NCBI GenBank assembly: GCA_964016885.1
Contig: OZ024742.1
Location: 116,312,001-116,376,000 of the forward strand
Origin: Eledone cirrhosa
Lineage: Eukaryota
Reading direction: 5' to 3'
Length of the DNA: 64,000 nt
Part shown: in pieces, positions 53,727 through 64,000 of the stretch
How positions within the stretch are numbered: the stretch's first letter is position 1
Layout: every line of letters begins with the position of its first letter
Notes under the pieces: generated by a model
Databases searched by the model: none
What the model saw: only the letters and a program-made list of their open reading frames with translations
Told to the model about the DNA's origin: nothing
Program-made: the position numbers and the translations under genes

Positions 53727-53895
53727 ATTCATGGCATTGCGAACTTCCTGAGTCATTGCCCTGGTTAAGTCGAACATATCTACAAGAGTTCGATTAAAAG
53801 AGAGATCAATAACATATGTAGAATAATTAAAATAGTTAGTACTATGATGGACTTAACGTAGGTAGTGACTCAGGAAGGTAGCAATTCAATGACTA
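53727..53895. repeat. Old imperfect inverted repeat (MITE-like or fold-back)
   Basis: ttgcgaacttcctgagtcattgccctggttaagtc versus gacttaacgtaggtagtgactcaggaaggtagcaa. Confidence 0.6.
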
Positions 53896-53994
53896 AAACT
53901 ACTAAATGAATATAAGAATCTATTTTTCTCAATACTTTACTGCTTTTATTTTAAACTTATCTCAAATGATTCATTACTACGATACAACAGAGCT

Positions 53995-54080
<86 letters not shown>

Positions 54081-55699
54081 AGTAGTAGTAGTAGAATCAT
54101 TCACCAGATGGGCATCGGCATCTCAATTTGTTAAAGCAAAGCCATGACATAATATTTTGTTTTCTTCCTGATATAGCGTACCTAGTGTATAAATAACTAT
54201 ATTGTGTAGTGGGCCTTTTTTTTTATTGTTTTCTGTGTTCTTGGTAATACAGTATATTGTGCTTGAAGGGGAAATTCTATTATTACTGATAGTATCAACT
54301 GTTTGGTTTTTCTAGTCATACATTAGTGGAGTTATTATCAAAGGCCTTGAAGATCCGACATTTTATTGTACGTGGGTTTACATTATGGAATGCATGTCTC
54401 CTCTACTTAACAATATTTCGGTGCAGTTTGAGCAAGATTTCCGTGCTATTTCTAACATATCGAACAATCAAATAGTGAGTCTTACATTGGTTTGAATTCA
54501 ATGAATATAGTGAGTATGCAGGAAACACAATTATGTATTTGTGGATTTTCTCAAACGGAATGTTTATACCTTGTCATATAGGAATACGTGAAATAATTTA
54601 TCTAAGAACCTGACTGATGGAGATCAATAATATTATGTATCAAATGAGATCGCGCTAAATCTCTTAACACATACTTTCTTTCATCCATGTTACTTCATAT
54701 AATGACGTATCAGTCGTTCCCGTTGACTTAAATCAACAAAGCACACTGCACTAAACGATAAAAAGTATTCCGCAATCTGCGGGGACTTCAAAGAGATATT
54801 TGGTAGAAATTCTTGCTGGAACAATGTATAACTGAATCCTGTTAGATTCATACTACACACTCCATTGTGAAGATAATAAAAGAAGATAATAGAATAAGTT
54901 AACTACTGTAGTCAAGCATTATCTGTCGACCATTTCACAATCAGGATGAAAAATAATTCGTTTCATGCATCGTAAACATTGCTAGAAAAAAAAATGAATA
55001 AAATAAAGCGACATCATTCTATATGAGGAACAATAGTTATTTCGAAAAGGTATCGACCTGCCCATACAATACTTTACTATTCCGATTTCATTGTTAAATC
55101 TGTTCTCTGAAAAAGATACTACGATGACTATTCATCTGGTGACAATATGTCAAAGATATGCTTCCGTACGCATTCGTTCTATCAATGAAATGTTATTTGA
55201 GGGACTCTTTAGAAATACGTCGTTAGAATAGAATTTGAATCATTGTTACTTACTTTACTTGCAAATATAATCAGGGTGTTGTATTTTATTATTTATTTAT
55301 CTGCAGTCGCCTATTTAAAATGATTGCGTTTTCTTATGTTTTCTTTGCTTTTGTTTAGTTTACTGTATATTTTACGACATGAAAGAAAGTAATTAAATTA
55401 TATCATGTACATTTGGATTTCAAATAACATTGGATTAATTTATCACATGTAATAATGCAGGGGTAAAGAATATATTTCGCTATCATGTGTTTCAGGAATG
55501 GACCACATGCCGAAATGCGCTGATACACTGAACAATTGTTTTATTATTATTTAAATTTTATTCGAGGGCGTTCATCAAATCCACAAACCGTCTTTGTAGT
55601 GCAAGCCATCCATGATTCAATTGGCTCCCTACTCTTGTATAACCAGCATAAGTAGTACTAGGCTTCAATTTATAACCTTCCTATTCAGTAGGCCTAACA

Positions 55700-56040
55700 T
55701 TCTCTTCATAATTTCCTTGTTCCTGTTGTATAATCTTTCTCTCAGACTCCAGCTGTAGAAACGGCTTCAGCTTCTACTCTAACGACCATTTCTTGCTTAT
55801 CTGCAGGTTCCCTTAATAGTCCTCTAATCCGAGATATTTCTACCAAAGTTAACCATCTGTTCTTACTAATCGCCCTCAATTGATTCATTAGATTACTTTC
55901 TGACATCAAAAACATGACCTTTTCCATCAAAATGTACAATATATGTCACCCTACTCCACGTTTTCCCTCCAGTTTTAATCTCTTTCCTGGCATTCAATCA
56001 GCGTAGCTTACTGTTTCTTCGTCCATTTGCGTCTCATGAT
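55700..56040 (-). pseudogene. Remnant of an R4/Dong-like ORF N-terminus
   Basis: RRKWTK...EKVMFLMSESNLMNQLRAISKNRWLTLVEISRI aligns by eye with [33 protein letters not shown] of the 2258-5745 element. Confidence 0.6.
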
Positions 56041-56727
56041 GCACACAGTGTTTGTATGAGTTGCTAACGATGATCCGAGGCCAGATCACTTCCCCTAATG
56101 AGGGTTCCTATCATGCAGAGCAAGCAATCTTCACCGGATGGGATTCCAGCTTCATTCACACCGTTAATTATTTAATTTCTTTTCTTTTTGCATCATGATT
56201 CTATGAAAGTGGTTTGTGGGATTTTTATTGAGATACCATTCTATGTAGCCTGCCTTACTTAGCTAAAGAGTGTTTATTTAATAATTATTATTATATCATT
56301 ATCAACATCTATATATAAATCTATGTAACTCTGTCACAACACGTAAAGAGAGAGGAGTAGTCTGTCTACCTCATACAACTCCTCTCTCCTTACGTCTGAT
56401 GCCTGCTTGAATGTATGTTTGTGTAAAGGAAGAAACTAGAAGTATTCTCTGTGTGTGAAAGAGTGTAGAATTGTGTGTGTGTATGTGTGTGTGTGTGTAA
56501 GAAAGTCGAAGTATGTGTGTGCGTGTGTAGAAGTGTGTAGACGAGAGTGTGTATTTTTGTAAGAGTGTCTGTCTTTGCACATTTATATTTATATACTCAT
56601 ACATATAAATGTGTGTATATATACACATACACACAGAAACACATACATTTACACATACGCGTCAGCGTGTTGAAAAAGCCTACTTAAAGAAATCATATTT
56701 GCCATTATTATCTTTGCCATTATTATA

Positions 56728-57090
56728 GAGAGTCGGACACTATGCTCTGAAGCATAGAGTTACGTCCCTTTATGATCTGAGTTGAAATCCCGCCGAGGTT
56801 AACTTTGCCTTTCACCCTTACGGGGTCGATAAAATAAATTACCAGTAATGTACTGGCTAATTTCTGGCCTTGTCCCTAAAATAGAAACAAGTATTATTGA
56901 ATTGGCAGTATCGGTAGAGGGTCGGATGCCATGCTTTACAGAATAGAGTTACGGCCCTTTATAATCTGAGTTCAATTCCTGCCGAGGTTAACTTTCATCC
57001 TTACGAGGTCGATAAAATAAAGTACCAGTCACACGCAATGGGTCGATTTAATCGACTTTCCCCTCCCCCGAAATTGATGGCCTTGTGCTT
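56728..57090 (+). mobile_element. Two tandem SINE family A copies
   Basis: B box and conserved core in both copies (56728-56890, 56900-57090). Confidence 0.85.
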
Positions 57091-57113
57091 TTGTATCCCT
57101 GTTTCCCGAGCTG

Positions 57114-57164
<51 letters not shown>

Positions 57165-57859
57165 ACTATTGCTGCAACTATTGCTTCTGATGTATGTTGT
57201 TTCTTCTGCGATTGTCACAGATGTTTTACTACTGTTGGGGATCATTGATGTTGTGTTTGTTGTTAATGTTTTCTTTTGTTGTAATAGTGCTGGTGGCTGT
57301 TGAGTTGTTGTTACCCGTCTAATCATCGCTAGTAGTAGTAGTGATAGTTTCTCACATGCTTTCTTTCATTTCGGTCCTGGAACAGTCGTTGTACTAGTGG
57401 AAGGAGCCGTGATGCAGTCGTGCTGGTGGCGGGCAAGGTGTAATGGCAGCGTTGTTGATGCTACAGCAGTAGCGGTGGCTATGTGTGTTGCTGTTGCTGT
57501 TTTTGTATTTTGTAGCCACGACAACGAGGTTTATGTTTGATGTGCTGTATTCTGTAGCCATATGTTTATGTTCAACTTATGATATTGTTACTAGTACCTG
57601 GTAGATAACCTGGCATCTCACCTCCGCTTTCTGCACAACAATTAAACAGGCCATTTTGAAATGTTTCGGAAGATAGAATTTGGAACGGCCCCCATGTGCC
57701 TGTACCATGAGGGAAAATATGTGACCTTTACAAGGTTTGCCTTGTCGTTTACGGAAACCAATGGTTTAACCGATTGGTGTAAATATGCAAAATTGTACAG
57801 TGTCTCGAGCCTCGTCACAAATAGTGCGATACGAAATTTTGTATAATACGTTATGTTGG

Positions 57860-58060
57860 TTTTTGCCTGTAAAATCTGTCCAGCGATTCTTGCCTCAGTA
57901 ATTCTAACCACATGCTCACAGTATCGGACCTGTGATATTTCAATTCGAAAAAGTAGCAGCTCTAGTTGGAGTGTCTCTCTGATCTCCGAGCAACGCATTC
58001 TATATAATAACGATACTGAAAGAAACCCTTCATTACGGCTGCTTGTATTGGCGACAGTAT
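57860..58060 (-). pseudogene. Ancient RTE-clade LINE C-terminal remnant
   Basis: VSLLYRMRCSEIRETLQLELLLFRIEISQVRYCEHVVRITEARIAGQIL resembles RTE ..DR.R..EIR..L.VE.LLL.IE.SQLRWFGHV.RM...R...QIL. Confidence 0.6.
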
Positions 58061-58375
58061 TGGTTCGGTCCTGCCTCACGATTCATGACTATAGGCGTTG
58101 GCACGAATATCGAATTGAAGATAGAGTTATTCGCGGAACTTTACTATTTTCGTGGCAATATACATTTTTTCACGATTTTAAGCACCAAATTATTAATAAC
58201 AATATACCGTATTAACCATCCTAAATTATATGCTATGTTTTGATGCCTGTAAGCATTTCTATCGACAACGTCCAATATTCGCAGTTTTTTACTCTTCGCG
58301 GCTGCTTTAGGAACGTAACCACCACGAATACCAGGGACAACTGTATGTATATATATAGAGAGGGAATTAGAGTTA

Positions 58376-58427
<52 letters not shown>

Positions 58428-58544
58428 CAAATGTATATATGTATATATATTACCTCTAATTACCCCTAAAATAGTCGAATGAATTGAATATATTAAATTA
58501 CAGGTTACTTAGTGTAATTGCTTTCGCAGCTGTTCGAACTGCAC

Positions 58545-58852
58545 ACACACACACTACATGTCCAACGTGTACGCTCATCCACACACACACACTACAAGTC
58601 CAATGTGTACGCTCATACTCACACACACACTACATGTCCAATGTGTACGCTCATACTCGCACACACACTACATGTCCAATGTGTACGCTCATACTCACAC
58701 ACATACTACAAGTCCAATGTGAACGGCCATACTCACACACACTACATGTCCAATGTGTACGCTCATACTCACACACACACACTACAAGTCCAATGTGTAC
58801 GCTCATAGACACACACTATGTGTCCAATGTGTACGCTCATACACACACACAC
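58545..58852. repeat. Minisatellite, ~35-39-bp unit (cacactacatgtccaatgtgtacgctcatactcaca), about 8 copies
   Basis: Direct reading; catg and caag variants are interspersed. Confidence 0.92.
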
Positions 58853-59669
58853 ATCGACAAGCCCAGTGGCAATATAGACAGTGAAACACATGAAACACAT
58901 ACAGTCACACTGATTATAACCTTCCCCAGGCACATATATATACACACACACACACATTAATAACCCGCAGTAACTCACTCACACACACACAGTAATAACA
59001 CATACAGTCACTCGTACATAAGTACACACACAAAGAACATACCTACACAGACACACAACTAAGAAAACACACACCCCTATAAACTCACTTCCGAATTAAC
59101 ATTACACAAACAACACATAAACCGACTTATACTCAAATACACAAACATATAAACACACATACACACTGATAATACAACAAACACACAGATAATACAACAA
59201 ACACACATAGACACAGATAATACACCCAGCCACACCACCTCGGCAACACTAACGTCGCACGCCAGGCTACGTATTTCTTTTTGCTTCACCACTTCACCCA
59301 TCATGATATACCTTTATTTTCAACCACTCTTTGTCCTAACTTTAATCTTTCTTAAGACATGGCTAATGCCCGTTTCGTTCATACTCTTATTCCTTTACTA
59401 ACAAGCATGAAACTAATACGACGTTTGCGTCATTTTATCTCTCGCTTGATTTCGTGATAGCTCAAAGCAAGCTGCATTCAAATCAGGTTGTTTACTCTGA
59501 AGTTAGACATATAAGACCCTGGAGAAAAAATGGACAGCATCGCTACTTTTTCATAGGAAAAAATCCTTTGTTGAAAGTAGCTTACTTTTAGATAACATAC
59601 ATTCAAAATTCTTAATGTGTTCAGTGCTTCGTAAGAAAATACGGTCTATACACACATACCCACCATATA

Positions 59670-60680
59670 TATATATAAATAAAATTAGTGCGAGCCATAA
59701 CTAAATTAAGTTATCGGGACAGAGGAAAGGAAACAAATAACATGGTAATAATTGTTTCTACTTTAGGCACAAGGCCAATATCATGGTAATAATGCAACGT
59801 AAAGAGAGGAAAAGAGAGACAAGTCAATGAATCTTGTGGGCTTAAGTCCGATAAATCAAATGACGAGAAGAAACAGACGGGCCGAGCCACGAGAAAAGTG
59901 AGAGAGGAAGAGTAGCAGAGAGTGAGTGAGTGAAAGTGTGAGGGAGGGACCAGCCAAGAGTCAGTGACCAGCAGCGGGAATGGAGGAAAGCAAGAGGTGA
60001 AGGAGAGATAAGGGGGTGAGAGAAAGAGGATAGCAGTAAGGTGACACAAAAAATACGAAGCACAGCGAAGGGAAAAAATATATGTGAATGAAAAATAGCG
60101 TGTTGCTTTGACGAAGGACATTCTTGTTTCTACGTCTATTTTAATTCATATGTTCATATTCGCAACAACGAAGCACGCCATTTTACATTCACATATTTTT
60201 TTTTTCTTCGCTGTGGTTCATATTTTTTCTGTCACCTTACTGCTATCCTCTTTCTCTCTCCTTCACCTCTTGCTTTCCTCCACTCCCGCTGCTGGTCACT
60301 CACTCTCGGCTGGCCCCTCACACTTTCACTCACCCATCTCTGCTACTCTCCTCTCTCACTTCCTCCCGTCTGACCCACGTGAATTTCTTTCCTCTCTCAC
60401 TTTTCTCGTGGCTCGGACGCTCTGTTTCTTCTCGTCATTTGATTTGTCGGACTTAAGCCCACAATATTCATTGACTTGTCTCTCTTTTCCTCTCTTTAGG
60501 TTGCATTACTATTATGTTGTTTGTTTCCTTTCCTCTGTTTTTCTATGTCCCGATAACTTAATTTAGTTATCGCTCGCACTGATTTTAGGTATCTAGTCTT
60601 TAATGCGAAGAAATACCAACGATAATCAGCAGGCTACTGATGAAGGACATTCCTGTTTCTCGGTCTATTTTTATTTATAT
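59670..60680. repeat. Large diverged inverted repeat (~430-bp arms) plus a direct repeat at ~529-bp spacing; pLTR-like organisation
   Basis: 59675-60105 is the reverse complement of ~60170-60590; tgacgaaggacattcttgtttct at ~60108 recurs as CTGATGAaggacattcctgtttct at 60637; TA-flanked. Confidence 0.75.
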
Positions 60681-61623
60681 ATATATATACATATATATAT
60701 CTGTGTGTGTGTGTGTGTATGTGGGGAGGGTGAGGGTGGGGCTCTGAGTGTATATATATGTGTGTGTGTGTGTAGCACATAAACATTTAGACAAGCCCAG
60801 TGCTTTGCGGTGATGTTATTGTCTACGTTTTGACACCACTTAAGTACATTTCTTGATCATAAAATTGTTTTTCATTTGTAATGTTACATAGTACATAACA
60901 ATGTTATATATTTATGTCTTTGATCACAACCTTCATTTCTTCTCTTCTGTAATATTTTACGCAACAATATTAATATGTTCATTTTGATTCTTTACGTAAA
61001 CATAACTTAATCTTTATTGGAAGCCAATTCAATCAGAAATCCTTTCATTTATTATTCGTGCGTGTTTCGTTGAGTCCTTTCAAATCTATTAAACTATATT
61101 TTTACAATGAATACAAAAATGTTCTTTTGCGAGAATTATCTTTTTCGAAGTAACTATTTGCACTTTAACTATCTAATAGTGAGTGCAATTACCGTACCAC
61201 ATATAATTCATACACGCACATACATACACAAATGTGTATGTATATAAGTGTGTTTCAGTAAGTGTGAGTTTGTTTGTGTACAAATCATACTTCGTAAGTT
61301 TTATATTTACATAACCAATGAAATTATATTACTTCAAAAATGTGGTGTGAAAGGAGATTAATCCCTTTCTCCAAATGGAGAACGTTTTAAAAGAACGCAT
61401 ATCGCGTTATTCTTTGTATAATAGCGACTGGGTTTTATTTGTAAATAAGTTACACCTTAAATAATCTAGTATGCAATACCATATATTTCCTTCTTTTGTA
61501 CAATTTGTCACACAATTTAGCAAATAATTCCTATATGTTGTATTTCCTTCGCATTGGCATGATCATTGAATAAAGGACTCCTCTCAAAATATATTCAAAT
61601 ATCACCGTGGGACTAAGAAATTG

Positions 61624-61842
61624 GGCGGTGAGATTGGGAATGTAAAGTGTTCAAAATATAGCGCATCTAGTGTATCGGACAACATTTCTAGCAATATTTA
61701 GTTAAGGTGATTAACGTTAGATCAACTTTGACTTTCATCCATCCAGGGTCGATAAAATACAGAACCAGTTAAGTATAATCGACTTACTTCTTACCCCAAA
61801 ATGCTAAAATGTTGATCATGTGCCAATGTTAGAAAGAATTAT
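61624..61842 (+). mobile_element. Diverged SINE family A copy
   Basis: ggcggtgagattgg head and ctttcatcc...gggtcgataaaata core. Confidence 0.65.
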
Positions 61843-61989
61843 TGTATAGTAAAATGAGATCAGGAATGGGAAATAGATTTAGATAGTGTGTATGTGATTG
61901 TTTCTGGTACATAATTAAATAGAGATCCATTCTGCTATATGGAAATGAGCAGAGTGACGTATCTTTCCATACTCATTTCCATTTTATTT

Positions 61990-62400
61990 TTAATCCCCCG
62001 CAACATGATCGGAGTTATGCTTCTATATACCCTGTTAAATATGTTTTGAAAGATTATATGTGGCAGAATACTCGCAGAAAGCCTGATTTGATTCCAACCA
62101 AGGATAACGTGTCTATATTAAATCACAATAACTTATAATTAGTTTTAAATTACATATCAACATGCTACTGCATTTCATATTAAAGCTTTATATCGATTTC
62201 AGCCTAAATTTTGATAGTCTTTGCGGAGCCGTTTTATGAAGAATCATAGAATATTATTATGGTATCTCATAAAAGACCAGTAATATCAGTAAATATCTAT
62301 ATTGTGTTGAGTCTGCAATGAAAATAAATTTGAAATGAGTCGTTCTTAATAGAAATCGAGAGGAAATGGAGATGCATTCGTGTCACCACATTACATCCGG
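61990..62400 (+). pseudogene. Ancient non-LTR (RTE-like) RT remnant
   Basis: IDFSLNFDSL..AVL*RIIEYYYGIS*KTSNISKYLY resembles IDFSKAFDSV.R..LW.IM..YGIP.K.INII..LY. Confidence 0.45.
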
Positions 62401-64000
62401 TTTGGCTATTAATGTTTTTTAGGAAGTAATGAAAGGCAGTTTAGAATATATGGATACGATTTGAAGCACGTCTACTCCAACTCTATTCCCATCATAGTCC
62501 AATCTTTTCACAATTTAGTTTTTGTTCTGGTCTATTCTTTCCTTAGCTTAGGTACATTTCATTATATTTTTTTTGTTCAACGGAGCCTTTACTTGATCTA
62601 GCCTTTCATCGACTTAAATCTTTCCCCATTTGTCATTCCTCGGTCTGTTCTCTGTTGTGTTCAGGTTTTCTTCAATGTAGTCATTTCCCTGTCTAATCTT
62701 TCCTCAGTCTAAACATTTTTCTGTCTGTGGTTTTAACACACAAATGAAAAAGAATGCGGTGTTTAAATAGCACAATGGAATTTATTTCTTAATTGTGAAT
62801 TAGTGATCTCCTGTTTCAAAGAATGCCTGTGAATTGCATTCCTCTTCGGCCATTTGCCTTTAAAAGTCGTTCTTGGAAATATTTACATCATCTCTATACT
62901 CAATTGTATAGTTTCAATTAAACTCACATTTAAATTAACATTCCTTATTGTAACATTAATTAGAAAAGTGCGACAATCAGCTTCACTTGTGAAAGAATCG
63001 ATTTACAAATATTCTACAGCACCTTTCAACAAATTGCGTATAGAACAATACAATTTATCTCAAAAATTATTAAAACTCTTGTTTCACTTGTCATTCTGTA
63101 TCAGTTTTAATTTTGGATTAAATTATCCGACTCACCAGACTATAATTTCGTCTTTCTAGTCTTTCGCCAGCTTACTCATACTTTGGTCTAGTCTTATATG
63201 TAGTTTCTGTAAGTGCTGCTTTGCGCTATTCTTCGATTGACTGATTCTTGCTTGAAGTTATCTTGAAGTTATCTTTCCGCAACCTAGGCCTTCCTAGCTT
63301 CTTCTCCGCTTAGACCTAACTGTACTACTTTCCTTTGTCTAAAATCTGGAAAATCATGTAACTATAATACATAAATGTGAGGTAGAGGCAATAAAAAAAT
63401 ATACATAGAAAACTTTATAAACGATAGGAACAGCGGCAAACGGATTAAACCTTCAACACCATTGACAAAATAAACTCCTCTGAACCTGCACTTCCTTCAT
63501 TTCAAATGTTTGGTCAAGCTTGATTCGTGATTCGGACAACCGGGGAAATTTAAAATTTTTTTTTTAGTTTTTGGAGAAATAAAAAGCTGATGTTGCTTTT
63601 GAAATCGTTTATCACCAGGTCAACGCTAATGGAGTTGAGTTATTATCGAAAGCATTCCAGCCGTGATTATCTTGTCTTTTTAAACACTATCAATTAATAC
63701 TTTTCTTGGATGGTTTCCAAGTAAATAAATGTAATACTGAATGACATCTCTTGACTCTGATTATAGTACATGTTATGGTTGTTGATAATGGTTTTGTTTA
63801 CCCGGTAGTTAATCATGGTAGATTGAACCTATGATATCAGGTGTTCTAGCTGTTATCAACACCATCCTGGCTTAAGATTACAATATATCTGCGACTACGT
63901 CATCCTGATGCTGAAGACAAACATTTATTTCCACTCATTTTAAAGAAGAGATTGTAATTTCAGGAAGATATATACTGGATTCAGCTATTTCCTACAGGTC

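Noticed and set aside
58484-58960. Cys/His-rich repetitive ORF that looks like a zinc-finger array or a CRISPR-like repeat
   Set aside because: It is a ~35-39-bp minisatellite with variable CA runs that shift frame; there are no unique spacers and no canonical C2H2 spacing.

Overview
AT-rich, microsatellite-saturated animal non-coding DNA with (TA)n, (CA)n, (AAT)n, (TAG)n and (GA)n tracts. The SINE and repeat content suggests a cephalopod (Octopus-like), which is an inference. I found no convincing host protein-coding exon; most ORF-track entries are microsatellite translations. Recognisable elements: a near-full-length but disrupted R4/Dong-type RLE non-LTR retrotransposon (2.26-5.75 kb), a decayed Penelope-like element (PLE; RT + GIY-YIG, 46.7-49.2 kb, minus strand), further PLE/RTE/R4 remnants, many tRNA-derived SINEs, two non-autonomous Helitrons and a ~600-bp RTE-like non-autonomous family. 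The main hidden signal is a dense set of type I hammerhead ribozymes (HHRs), read by hand: 14 with an intact or single-insertion core and a paired stem I, about 9 degenerate, and 4 half-ribozymes, from roughly 9-10 sequence families. They lie in short non-coding modules between (TA)n tracts. The modules occur either as tandem or terminally redundant monomers of 440-640 bp (retrozyme-like; clearest is a 522-bp tandem at 32.8-33.9 kb) or as fold-back palindromes, some turning exactly in the ribozyme's own stem II. One palindrome is a copy of the 3' end of the local PLE, linking the system to Penelope mobilisation.
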